Source of the DNA: an uncultured Actinomycetota bacterium
GTDB lineage: Bacteria > Actinomycetota > Actinomycetes > S36-B12 > UBA10799
Length of the DNA stretch: 64,000 nt
Direction of reading: 5' to 3'
NCBI GenBank assembly: GCA_963818505.1
Contig: CAWFSJ010000005.1
Span: forward strand, 141,540 to 205,539
Below, in pieces: positions 35,411 through 44,678 of the stretch. The notes under the pieces are model-generated. The model ran no database searches and was not told where the DNA came from. It saw nothing but the letters and a program-made list of their open reading frames with translations. Each line of letters begins with the position of its first letter. Position 1 is the first letter of the stretch. Both the position numbers and the translations under genes were made by a program.

Positions 35411-36264
35411 GGTTGGCCACCCAACGCGTTGAGCAGACCCTCGGCAGCGACGGGACGCAGCAGACCCTCGGCCAATGCCCGATCAGCGGTCAGACGCGCG
35501 AGGGCCACATACGCAGCCAGCAACTGCGGGTCCTTGGACAGCACCTCGACATGGGCGGCCACGGTCTGGGCGTCCCCGCGCACGACGGGGCCCGTCAAAG
35601 CGTGGTACCCCATGCGCAAAGCGTTGTCCAAGCTGGCCTGCAGCAAGGGAGTGAGCAGGCGTGCGGGGTATTCGACGCCGGCGGCTGCCAGGATCTCCGT
35701 GCCGGAGGCAACGAGGGTGATGAGGTGGTTCGCGGAGTGTGTGAGCGCCGCGTGGTACAGCGGGCGCGCATCCTCGGGGATCCAGACCGGCTCGCCACCC
35801 ATCTCGACCACAAGTGCCTCGGCAGCCATCCGCAATGCGTCCGGCGAGGTGACTGCGAAGGGCGTGCCCGACAGACGCTCCACATCCAGACTGGTGCCCG
35901 TCAACGTCATGGCCGGATGCAGCGCCAAGGGCAGGGCACCGCGGCGGGCGGCTGGGTCGAGCACGCCGTATCCGTAGCGGCCCGAGCAGTGCACCACGAA
36001 CTGACCGGGTGTGAACTCCAGAGCCTGTGCCAGCGCTGGCAATGCGTCATCGGGCACCGCCAGCAGCACGAGGTCACACCGGGCGACAACCTCCTGCACA
36101 CTGACCAGTTCGGTTTCGGGAAGCAGGCTCGCCGCGCGCTCCCGCGAGGCGTCGCTGACAGCATGCGCGGCGATGACCGGATGACCTGCTCGGGCGAGGG
36201 CGCCACCGAGGGCACCACCGGCACGGCCCACCCCGATCACGCCGGCACGAAGGCGAACACTCAC
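35407..36264 (-). CDS. Rossmann-like plus DUF2520 domain protein (Rv3603c-like)
   Basis: RAGVIGVGRAGGALGGALARAGH NAD fold. The GTG at 36264 overlaps the upstream stop (GTGA). 4-nt overlap with panC. Confidence 0.7.
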   Translation of the reverse strand: MSVRLRAGVIGVGRAGGALGGALARAGHPVIAAHAVSDASRERAASLLPETELVSVQEVVARCDLVLLAVPDDALPALAQALEFTPGQFVVHCSGRYGYGVLDPAARRGALPLALHPAMTLTGTSLDVERLSGTPFAVTSPDALRMAAEALVVEMGGEPVWIPEDARPLYHAALTHSANHLITLVASGTEILAAAGVEYPARLLTPLLQASLDNALRMGYHALTGPVVRGDAQTVAAHVEVLSKDPQLLAAYVALARLTADRALAEGLLRPVAAEGLLNALGGQP

Positions 36265-37094
36265 GCTGGCGAGCCTACCGAGGAACGGTCGGTGAACAGC
36301 CAGCCGAAGGACCCCAGACCCGCGCGATCGCGCAGAACCCGCAGTTCCGCGGCCTGCGCAGTCGAGCGCGGCACACACTGCGCGAGGACGCGGTGCTGGG
36401 GGACCAAGCGCCCTCCTGTGAGCGCCCGGCACGCCCGCAGATCCACGCCAGCGCAAAGATCGGCCCCTGCCGACACCCGGGGGGGCATCCGTCGTCCTCG
36501 TCGGTGTCCGACCGGAGGTCCACCCATGAAGTCGACGGCGATCGCCTCACCGGCGCTGACCTTGCCCACCAACGCCGCCCACACCTCATCGCGACGCAGA
36601 CCCAACACAGGCGACCTGCTGCTGGTCCGGGTCCGCAGCCACAGCCGTTCGTCCGGGGTCAGGGATCGCGCGGGTGCACCCGCGGTCGTCAGGACGTACT
36701 CGCCGTCCACCACCTCCACCGCGATGTCGTCTAGGAACTCATGGGCCAACAGCACGCCTCGCACGGCTGGAACACAGTCCGGGGCGATGCCTCGGATCCA
36801 TTTCACGGGCAGGTCCTCGGGGGCTGGGCGCACGTCAACTCCAAGCAACCGGTCAGCCGGGAATCCTAAGTCGAGCAACTGGCGCAGCAGGCGCCCATCG
36901 CCAGCCCCGACGTCCACGATCCAGGGGTCCTGGATGCCGTGCCGCATGGCCGCAGCCTGGCAACGACCCAGGACTACGCGGGCCACATGGTCGCCTATCC
37001 CGATGGACGTCACGAAGTGATCTTGGGCCTGTTCGGTGTGGGAGAACCCTCGGTCATCATGATGCGTCCAGTCCATGGCCTGCGACCACGTCAT
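36261..37094 (-). CDS. SAM-dependent methyltransferase, MidA/NDUFAF7-like (DUF185)
   Basis: IVDVGAGDGRLLRQLL and LLAHEFLDDIAVEVV resemble DUF185 motifs. ATG at 37094, 17 nt after the upstream stop. Confidence 0.5.
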   Translation of the reverse strand: MTWSQAMDWTHHDDRGFSHTEQAQDHFVTSIGIGDHVARVVLGRCQAAAMRHGIQDPWIVDVGAGDGRLLRQLLDLGFPADRLLGVDVRPAPEDLPVKWIRGIAPDCVPAVRGVLLAHEFLDDIAVEVVDGEYVLTTAGAPARSLTPDERLWLRTRTSSRSPVLGLRRDEVWAALVGKVSAGEAIAVDFMGGPPVGHRRGRRMPPRVSAGADLCAGVDLRACRALTGGRLVPQHRVLAQCVPRSTAQAAELRVLRDRAGLGSFGWLFTDRSSVGSPA

Positions 37095-37111
37095 CTGTTC
37101 GGTGGGGCCTT

Positions 37112-38416
37112 TCAGTTCTGCATCCACCGTGTGCTCTTGTCCGCGGCTCGGGCTGTGCGCATCCTGTCGGTCTCCATCACCAGAAGCTCGTGTGCCTGAT
37201 CCTGGCCGAAGTGTTGCCACTCCGCGCGGATCCGCCCCGGCGGGATGTCCAGGTGGATGCTTGCCAGACCCAGTGATCGCTCCCAAGGGCCTTGGGTCAT
37301 GCGCACCGACTGCACACGCGCGTGGTCGACGATCTGGCGACGACGGGTGACGCGGCCCCGCTGCAGAACGGCGATCCGCTCGTCGACACCAGCGGCCAGG
37401 TAGCGCCACTGGATCGGCGAGCGCCGCTTGACCGTCTCGCGCGGTTTGACCATCGTGATGTTCTCCGGCTGCACCCCCGGCATGACGCGCCGGAAGAGGT
37501 CCTCGGCGACCGCTCGAGGAGCCACGGGCAGCAGCACGGATTCGGTCCCGGAATCGTCGTCACTCTTACTCAGCCCGGCCACCGTCACGTAGAGGCGTAC
37601 CCAGCCCTTGCGTCGCCAGAACAGCGGCTCCACGAACTCCACAGCACACACCCGTCCGGGCGGGATGGTGCGCGACTGGGTCTGGATCAAGCCGTGCCGC
37701 AACCGGATCCCGTCGGGGGACTCAGCCACGGTGAAGTTGTACAGCTGGGCGAACTCCGTGACCACCATCACCAGCGGGACACCACCGAGCAGGACCGGGA
37801 AGATCCCAGACCAGCCAGCGGCCATGATGTTGCCCACCACGATCAGAACCGTGGCCAGCAGCAGGAAGACGGTGACAGCTCGAAGTAGCAGCGAAACCAG
37901 TAGGTCTTTCGCGGGCACGACCAGTAACGGGGCCTCCGGCGCCTCTCCTGCGGTGTGCTCCAGTCCTGCCGACCGGGCCAGGATCTCGCTGCGCAGGGTG
38001 GACGCCTCGGCGTCAGTCAGGTACTGCAGGTCGGCGCGGGAATCGCCGGCGCCCGCGACCTCGATACGCAGTGCGGCGAATCCGAAGACCCGCGCAACCA
38101 GCGGGCGGTTGATGTCCACAGTCTGCAGGCGGGACAGTTGAAGTCGGCGCTCCTGCTGGAAGACGACTCCGGACTGCACGCGCAGATCCCCGTCGTCGTC
38201 GAACCAGAACTGCAGGCGCCGGTAGGACAGGTACTCATAACCCAGCGCGATCGTAGCGACCACGATGGTCAGCCCGAGCACTCCCAGCGCGCCCATCGGC
38301 CGTGAGAAGAGTGCCTGACCACCCGTGATGAGCACAGCCAGGAAGAGTGCGGGCAGGTACGTGGAGACCTTGACGATCGGGGTGATCGGATGGACGTGCC
38401 TTCGTTCGGTGCTCAC
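37112..38416 (-). CDS. Membrane protein with repeated bacterial PH (bPH_2/YdbT-like) domains
   Basis: 434 aa with alternating TM hairpins and bPH_2-like modules (RLQLSRLQTVDINRPLVARVFGFAALRIEVAG). Confidence 0.7.
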   Translation of the reverse strand: MSTERRHVHPITPIVKVSTYLPALFLAVLITGGQALFSRPMGALGVLGLTIVVATIALGYEYLSYRRLQFWFDDDGDLRVQSGVVFQQERRLQLSRLQTVDINRPLVARVFGFAALRIEVAGAGDSRADLQYLTDAEASTLRSEILARSAGLEHTAGEAPEAPLLVVPAKDLLVSLLLRAVTVFLLLATVLIVVGNIMAAGWSGIFPVLLGGVPLVMVVTEFAQLYNFTVAESPDGIRLRHGLIQTQSRTIPPGRVCAVEFVEPLFWRRKGWVRLYVTVAGLSKSDDDSGTESVLLPVAPRAVAEDLFRRVMPGVQPENITMVKPRETVKRRSPIQWRYLAAGVDERIAVLQRGRVTRRRQIVDHARVQSVRMTQGPWERSLGLASIHLDIPPGRIRAEWQHFGQDQAHELLVMETDRMRTARAADKSTRWMQN

Positions 38417-38913
38417 AACCCGGCCGATCGCTGCTCACCCCTGGCAGCCAGCCTGTCGCGCAATGCGGCTGCGGTCTCGGGACTCAGCCCCGGGATCGCC
38501 GCATCCGTGGTGGCCGCTGCAGTGTGCAACTGAACAGACGTGAGCCCAAATGCCCGATCCACTGGGCCTGCCTTCACGTCCACGAGTTGCAGGCGTCCAT
38601 AGGGCACGATCACAAGCCGCTGGAACCAGATTCCGCTTCCGACAACCAGGTCGTCGGCGCGTTCGGCGTACCCCCAGGACTTCACCCGGCGCCCGATCCA
38701 GGGCCACCCGATGACCATCATGGCCAAGCCGGCGATCACCACAAGGCCGCCGATCCAAACCGGCTTCACAAGAACGGCGATCACGATCCCGGCAATGACC
38801 ACCACCCCGGCGAACATCGCCAGCATCAGCCGACGCACGATGATGAGTTTCGGTGACAGCGACTCCCAGGTGTCACCGTCGGGACGAAACGCCACCTCCA
38901 CCTTGGATGTCAT
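38413..38913 (-). CDS. Membrane bPH_2 (YdbS-like) domain protein
   Basis: 166 aa with a TM hairpin followed by VIVPYGRLQLVDVKAGPVDRAFGLTSVQLHTA. 4-nt overlap with the next gene. Confidence 0.7.
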   Translation of the reverse strand: MTSKVEVAFRPDGDTWESLSPKLIIVRRLMLAMFAGVVVIAGIVIAVLVKPVWIGGLVVIAGLAMMVIGWPWIGRRVKSWGYAERADDLVVGSGIWFQRLVIVPYGRLQLVDVKAGPVDRAFGLTSVQLHTAAATTDAAIPGLSPETAAALRDRLAARGEQRSAGL

Positions 38914-38960
38914 AGTCCGAGTCTAGGTCCGGTGCACCCGGCTCTGGTCCGGGCAGAGGT

Positions 38961-39851
38961 CTACTCCTGCGCGAAGTCCAGCACGTCGCGGCCGAGCCGA
39001 CTGCTGATGGCTGCGCGCAGGTGGCCTTTGCCGGGGTAGCGGATCACCCGGCAATCCGGGATCAATGCGGCGGTCTCATCCACGATCTGGGAAGTGAAGA
39101 ACAGATCTTCTTCGGCGCTGATCAACAGGACGGGGACGGTGATCTGCGCGAGCACGTCGCGGGCGTCGAAGTCCCGCTCGGCCTGCGCCTCCACCATGAG
39201 GTCGGCGCCCGACACCTCGCTGCCAGAGAAGGCAGGGCCTGCCACCCGGGCGAGCAGATGCCGTTGACGCTGCTGTGCGGGATCGGGGAAGACGTACTCC
39301 GCCATCGCTTCCCCGGCCTCTCGCACCTGGTCGGCAGCTCGGGCGCTGGCCCAGCGGTAGTCCACATCGCGACCCCAATCCGTGATGGTCGCCGCGGACA
39401 GAGCCAGCACCACCTTGCCCACCCGATCGGGATGTTCAGCAGCCAGGTACTGCGCGACCATTCCTCCGTAGGACAAACCCACTGCCACCTCCACACGACC
39501 ACCGAAACGTTCGCCGATCAGGTTCGCGTAGTCAGAGGCCATGTCTGCGACTGTGTAGCCCGGGGCCATACCCGCCCGTCTGCCCACCACCCACACCGAG
39601 AACCCCGCCTTGGTCAAGGGCAGGAACTGGCTTCCCGACATCGCACCCAGCAACCCGTGCGGGATATCACTGCCCGGACCGCCGGGCATCCAAAGGATGG
39701 TGCGCGTGCCCTCGCCCCAGCGGGCGTACTGCATGCCGTTGGCGAACGTGCCCGTCTCGGTGGGCATGTTCCCCATGGCCTTGCGCAGTTTGGCCGCGAC
39801 CAGACCGAAAAGGGCCGCGGTGCCGACACCGATCACAAGTTCTTTCTTCAT
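38961..39851 (-). CDS. Membrane-anchored alpha/beta hydrolase
   Basis: N-terminal TM helix. GLSYGG nucleophile elbow. Confidence 0.75.
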   Translation of the reverse strand: MKKELVIGVGTAALFGLVAAKLRKAMGNMPTETGTFANGMQYARWGEGTRTILWMPGGPGSDIPHGLLGAMSGSQFLPLTKAGFSVWVVGRRAGMAPGYTVADMASDYANLIGERFGGRVEVAVGLSYGGMVAQYLAAEHPDRVGKVVLALSAATITDWGRDVDYRWASARAADQVREAGEAMAEYVFPDPAQQRQRHLLARVAGPAFSGSEVSGADLMVEAQAERDFDARDVLAQITVPVLLISAEEDLFFTSQIVDETAALIPDCRVIRYPGKGHLRAAISSRLGRDVLDFAQE

Positions 39852-39929
39852 CAGGTGCCTCCCAGTTCAGGGTAGTCCCCGTCCTCGGCAGGGGCTCCCA
39901 ACTCCGGCGGCCACGGTTAGCCTGAGCGT

Positions 39930-40550
39930 GTGGACATCGATCGTTTCGCCGCGTTCCTCGTGGCCTCCGTGATCGTCTTGATGATCCCCGGCCCCACGAT
40001 TCTGCTGGTGGTCACCCGGTCGTTGAACCACGGCACGAGTGTCCGGCGGGCAACTGTCGCGGGGGTTGTGCTCGGGGATCTTGTGGCCATGACGGCCGCG
40101 ATGCTCGGGGCGGGAGCGATCCTGCTGGCCTCAGCCGAGCTCTTCACAGCCCTGCGCGTGGCCGGCGGGCTGTACCTGTTGTGGCTGGGAGTGAAGACCT
40201 GGCGATCACGCGGTCGGCAATGGGTGCTCGAGCAACCCCAGGAGACCTCACCTCACAGGGTTTTTGCAGAGTCGTTCGCCGTGACGGCGACCAACCCCAA
40301 GAGCATCGCGTTCTTCGTGGCCTTCGTACCGCAGTTCATCAATCCTGCCTACCCGTGGCTGCCGCAGACGGTGGCCATGATCGTGGCGTTCGTCATCCTC
40401 GGCGGCCTCAACGCGCTGGCCTACGCGTGGCTGGCCGGCCGCGCACGTGGGGTGATGCTCAACCCCGCCACCCGCCGACGCGTGGCGCAGACCTCCGGCG
40501 GTGTGCTCATGGCTGGCGGAGTGGCCGTGGTCGCAACAGCCCACGGGTGA
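39930..40550 (+). CDS. LysE-family amino-acid exporter
   Basis: FLVASVIVLMIPGPTILLVV... 206 aa. GTG start. Confidence 0.8.
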   Translation: MDIDRFAAFLVASVIVLMIPGPTILLVVTRSLNHGTSVRRATVAGVVLGDLVAMTAAMLGAGAILLASAELFTALRVAGGLYLLWLGVKTWRSRGRQWVLEQPQETSPHRVFAESFAVTATNPKSIAFFVAFVPQFINPAYPWLPQTVAMIVAFVILGGLNALAYAWLAGRARGVMLNPATRRRVAQTSGGVLMAGGVAVVATAHG

Positions 40551-40554
40551 TGAG

Positions 40555-41274
40555 GTGAGTTACTACCAGCGCCGCCTGGCAGCCGTGCATGCCCGCGATT
40601 ACACCGCCTACGCGCAGGCGGCCGCCACCCTTGTGGTGCGGGAGTTGACGGGGCAGACCGGGACCGTCGTGGATCTCGGCTGTGGTGCCGGCGATCTAGT
40701 GCCGACCGTGACTGCTGCCGGGTTCGACTACCTCGGGGTCGATGTGAGCCCGGACATGCTGGCGCTTGCGCGCGACCAGCACCCACACGCACGCTTCGAG
40801 CAGGGCTGGGCCTTCGACTATCCGACGCAAGACTCCGCGATCGCGGTGGTGGCGGTGGGCGAGGTCCTCAACTACATGACCGATGCACGTGTGGGGTTGG
40901 CCGGACTGATGCCGTGGTTGCGCAGGTGCCGCGACCTGCTCGCCCCGGACGGATTGCTGCTCATCGATCTGGCGGGGCCGCTGCGGGCGGACCCAGAACC
41001 GACCACGCGGGTCTCTCGCGGCGACGGTTACACCCTCGAGGTCACCACCAGTACCGACCCCGCCCGCACCCTCCTCACCCGCGCGATCACGTTGACCGAC
41101 GCGGAAGGCACGCAGACGGAGATCCACGAGCTGGCTCTCATCGACCCGCTCGACATCATGGCCGCGATGCGCGCGGCCGGCTTCGAGGTCACCGCGCTGT
41201 CCAGGTACTCCGACGACCTGCCGTTCGCGCGCGGGTGGTCGGGATTCCTGGCTCGGGTGATACTCGATCAATGA
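40555..41274 (+). CDS. Class I SAM-dependent methyltransferase
   Basis: VVDLGCGAGDL motif I. GTG at 40555 just after the lysE-family stop; the ATG at 40501 is an alternative. Confidence 0.65.
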   Translation: MSYYQRRLAAVHARDYTAYAQAAATLVVRELTGQTGTVVDLGCGAGDLVPTVTAAGFDYLGVDVSPDMLALARDQHPHARFEQGWAFDYPTQDSAIAVVAVGEVLNYMTDARVGLAGLMPWLRRCRDLLAPDGLLLIDLAGPLRADPEPTTRVSRGDGYTLEVTTSTDPARTLLTRAITLTDAEGTQTEIHELALIDPLDIMAAMRAAGFEVTALSRYSDDLPFARGWSGFLARVILDQ

Positions 41275-41867
41275 GCACCCAAACCACATCGTCGCGAGGC
41301 TTGAGGCCGCTTGTCCCGGTTCTGATCATGCTGGCGGTCATGTGGCTGCTGGAGATCGTCGATCTGGTGCTTCCCGGGGATCTGGACGAGTACGGCATCG
41401 AAAGCCGCGAGGTCGACGGCCTGACCGGCGTTGTTGCCTCCCCGTTCCTGCATGCCGATTTCGCCCACCTGATGGCCAACACGGTCCCCTTCCTGATCCT
41501 GGGATCGATCGTCGCCCTGCGGTATCCGCAGAAGTTCTGGCGGATCGCGATAACCATCACTGTGCTCGGCGGCCTCGGAGTCTGGCTGTTCGGACCTTCC
41601 AACACGATCACGATCGGGGCCAGCGGTGTTGTCTTCGGCTTCCTGACCTACTTGGTCACGGCTGGAATCCTGACCCGGCACTGGCTCGACGTCGTCATCG
41701 CACTCGGTGTGCTCTTCGTGTACGGCGGCATCCTCGTGGGTGCCCTGCCGTTCGGGGTCTCAACGGGTGTCTCATGGCAGGCGCACCTCATGGGCGCGCT
41801 GGCCGGGATCGCGGCAGCTCTGCTCTTCGCCCGACCCCCCTCGCAGCAACCACAGTTGGCTCAATAG
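41271..41867 (+). CDS. Rhomboid-family intramembrane serine protease
   Basis: FLHADFAHLMANT... and GASGVVFG (GxSG). ATGA overlap with the upstream gene. Confidence 0.8.
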   Translation: MSTQTTSSRGLRPLVPVLIMLAVMWLLEIVDLVLPGDLDEYGIESREVDGLTGVVASPFLHADFAHLMANTVPFLILGSIVALRYPQKFWRIAITITVLGGLGVWLFGPSNTITIGASGVVFGFLTYLVTAGILTRHWLDVVIALGVLFVYGGILVGALPFGVSTGVSWQAHLMGALAGIAAALLFARPPSQQPQLAQ

Positions 41868-41925
41868 CGGGCAGGATCGCTGGGAAGACTCCACGCGAGC
41901 CACACCAGCAGGGCAGGATGGTGCG

Positions 41926-43176
41926 GTGAGCACTTGGCCCAAAGGATCGCCGCATTCCAGTGCCGAAGTCGTCGTCGTCGGGGCTGGCGCGGCAGGCCTG
42001 AGCGCGGCCCACCACCTCGCCGAGGCCGGCGTCGACGTGATGATCCTTGAGGCTGGCTCACGCGTCGGCGGCCGGATGTTGACCGACGAGGTCGACGGGT
42101 TCCTGCTCGACCGCGGGTTCCAGTTGTACAACCCGGCTTATCCCGCCGGTGCCCGCCTGCTCGACCATGAGGCCCTGGAACTGCGGTCCTTCTTCCCCGG
42201 CGCGGTGCTGCAGACCGAGTCCGGTCCCCGCTGGCTGGTGGACCCACGGCGTGCGACCCGATCCAGCGCCCGCAACTGGCGAACCCCGCTCGGCGTACGG
42301 GGCACGGTCCAGACGCTGCGCTACTTCGCTGGATGTGCGGTGACCGACCCCACCGAATTGCAGCAGCGTCCGGATCTGAGCACGCGCGAGGCATTCCGGC
42401 AGGCCCACATCAGCGATAAGGCCATCACCCGGCTGCTCCAGCCCTTCCTTGCCGGGGTGCTCGCCGACGAGGAACTGGTCACGAGCAGGCGATTCACCGA
42501 CCTCGTGCTGCGGTCCCTGGTGCGCGGGACTCCTGCGGTACCTGCCAAAGGCATGCAGGCGATCCCCGAACAACTGGCCAAACCCTTGCGAAGCCGCATC
42601 TTCCGCGACACCCCGGTGGTCTCGATCGCCCCGGACGTCGTGCAGACCGAAGGCGGGTCGATCTCGTGCGAGGCGGTAGTGCTCGCCGTGGATCCAACAG
42701 CCGCAAACCGCCTATGGCCGAAGGTGCCGAAGGCGTCCATGCGAGCACTGACCACCTGGTACTTCAGCATCGAGGAGGACGACCTCTTCGGTGGTAAGCC
42801 CGTACTGACCCTGGATGCCCGCAAGCGGGGCCCGGTGACGAACACGGTGGTACTCAGTTACGCGGCTCCCAGCTACGCACCCGAGGGTCAGCACCTGGTC
42901 CAAGCAACTGCCGTGGGTCTGCACGACGAGGACCCCACTCACGTCAGACACCACCTGGGGGAGCTCTACGGCATCCCGACCGGTCACTGGAAGTTGGTGG
43001 GCCACTACCCGATAGCCGAGGCCCTACCGGCCGCCGTGCCGCCCTTCACCACCCGGGGTGCCCAGCAGTTCGGCGGGGTCGTGGTGGCTGGCGATCACAG
43101 GGACACCCCCTCGATTCAGGGTGCGCTGGCCAGCGGCAAGCGCGCTGCAGCGGCAGTCAGGCAGCGGCTGGCCTGA
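41926..43176 (+). CDS. NAD(P)/FAD-dependent oxidoreductase (amine-oxidase/PPOX-like)
   Basis: VVVVGAGAAGLSAAHHLAEAG...ILEAGSRVGGRM dinucleotide fold. GTG start at 41926. Confidence 0.7.
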   Translation: MSTWPKGSPHSSAEVVVVGAGAAGLSAAHHLAEAGVDVMILEAGSRVGGRMLTDEVDGFLLDRGFQLYNPAYPAGARLLDHEALELRSFFPGAVLQTESGPRWLVDPRRATRSSARNWRTPLGVRGTVQTLRYFAGCAVTDPTELQQRPDLSTREAFRQAHISDKAITRLLQPFLAGVLADEELVTSRRFTDLVLRSLVRGTPAVPAKGMQAIPEQLAKPLRSRIFRDTPVVSIAPDVVQTEGGSISCEAVVLAVDPTAANRLWPKVPKASMRALTTWYFSIEEDDLFGGKPVLTLDARKRGPVTNTVVLSYAAPSYAPEGQHLVQATAVGLHDEDPTHVRHHLGELYGIPTGHWKLVGHYPIAEALPAAVPPFTTRGAQQFGGVVVAGDHRDTPSIQGALASGKRAAAAVRQRLA

Positions 43177-43233
43177 GGCCGGTGTCCAGCCCGCTGCGGA
43201 TGCGCCTGCCGGTAACCCACGTACGGTGGAACC

Positions 43234-44169
43234 ATGGGTTGGAACATCGAGGACATTCCCGACATCGCGGGACGCAGCTACCTGATCACGGGCGCCACAT
43301 CCGGGCTGGGATTCGAGTCGGCCAAAGCGCTGGCTGAGGCCGGTGGCGACGTCATCCTCGCCGGGCGATCGACCGAACGTCTGGCACAGGCCCAGCGAAG
43401 CATCAATCGTGAGACGCAGAGTCTGCTGGTTGACCTCGCCGACCTCGACAGCGTGCGCAAGGCCGCCGACAACCTTCCGGTCGAACAGCTCGATGTGCTG
43501 GTGAACAACGCAGGGATCATGGCGCCGCCGCTTGGCCGGACCCAGGACGGCTTCGAGACCCAGATCGGTACGAACCACCTGGGCCACTTCGCACTCACGG
43601 CGCTGCTGCTGCCGAGAATGGACCCGAGTAGCGATCAGTCGCGAGTGGTGACAGTTTCCAGCGGAGCCCACCGCATGGGGCGGATGGACCTGGACGACCT
43701 CAACTACGAGCACCGCAAGTACTCGGCGTGGCAGGCGTACGGTCAGAGCAAACTGGCCAACCTGTTGTTCATGGCCGAACTCGACCGGCGCAGCAGGGCA
43801 GCCGACTGGCATCTTCGCAGCGTTGCCGCCCACCCGGGCTTCGCGGCCACCAACCTGCAGTTCGCCGGCCCCAAGATCGCGCACAACCCGGTCGGCAGAC
43901 AACTCACCAAGCTGATGAATGCTGTGGCCGGGCAGTCAGCGCAGTCCGGGGCACGGCCGCAGTTGTACGCGGCAACCATGGACGACGTGCGGGGCGGGGA
44001 GTACTTCGGTCCGTCCGGGCCGTTCGAGTCCCGTGGCGCTGCGACCAGGGTGGGGCGTTCCTCACAGGCGCAGGATGCCCGCACCGCTGCGATGCTGTGG
44101 GACTTGTCCGAGGACCTCACCGGCGTGCGCTACGACTTCACCGACCGCCCGAACTCCTCCACGTCGTAG
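43234..44169 (+). CDS. SDR-family oxidoreductase
   Basis: LITGATSGLGFESAKAL, NNAG, and YGQSK (YxxxK). Confidence 0.8.
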   Translation: MGWNIEDIPDIAGRSYLITGATSGLGFESAKALAEAGGDVILAGRSTERLAQAQRSINRETQSLLVDLADLDSVRKAADNLPVEQLDVLVNNAGIMAPPLGRTQDGFETQIGTNHLGHFALTALLLPRMDPSSDQSRVVTVSSGAHRMGRMDLDDLNYEHRKYSAWQAYGQSKLANLLFMAELDRRSRAADWHLRSVAAHPGFAATNLQFAGPKIAHNPVGRQLTKLMNAVAGQSAQSGARPQLYAATMDDVRGGEYFGPSGPFESRGAATRVGRSSQAQDARTAAMLWDLSEDLTGVRYDFTDRPNSSTS

Positions 44170-44678
44170 ACCCACAACTGGGCCGGCCAGGTTTGTGGCA
44201 CCAGCCCAGCCTTGCGCCACAGACCCGCCACGAAAAGTTCGGCTGTGGGCAGTTGTTCCCACACCGCCGGCAGGAAAGTGCCCCGGCGACCGGCGGCTGC
44301 CACTACTGCCCCACAGCGTGGCAGCCTGGCGACAACGTCGCGGTAGGAGTCGGCGGGAAACTCCCGCAACGCACCGAGTACTGAGATCTCGACGTCAACG
44401 CCTCGCAAGTCGGTGACCGGGTCGAACCGGGGGTCGTCGAACGCGGCAGCCATCGCATGCTCGGCGATGTCATGACCGAGCTGCTGATAGGCCTCAAGCG
44501 CACCGATGCACCCCAACAGTTGCCCGTCCCGGCGCAATGTCACGAAGGAGCAGCCGGGCACCGACAAGAAGTCCGGCAGCACCTGCGGCATCCGGCGGTG
44601 GCCTGTTCTCAAGGCCTCTTGGATCGTCCCGACGGCGAGGTCGAGCATCTGCTCGCGTTGCTGCGCAGTGTGCATCAC
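44130..44678 (-). CDS. AmmeMemoRadiSam system protein A (AMMECR1 domain)
   Basis: FVTLRRDGQLLGCIGAL...AAFDDPRF...GTFLPAVW. Confidence 0.85.
   Translation of the reverse strand: MMHTAQQREQMLDLAVGTIQEALRTGHRRMPQVLPDFLSVPGCSFVTLRRDGQLLGCIGALEAYQQLGHDIAEHAMAAAFDDPRFDPVTDLRGVDVEISVLGALREFPADSYRDVVARLPRCGAVVAAAGRRGTFLPAVWEQLPTAELFVAGLWRKAGLVPQTWPAQLWVYDVEEFGRSVKS

Noticed and set aside
35413-37020. 535-aa ORF on the plus strand.
   Set aside because: It is antisense to the DUF2520 and MidA-like genes. It has low-complexity Arg/Ala/Gly/Pro composition and no family resemblance, so I read it as a shadow ORF.
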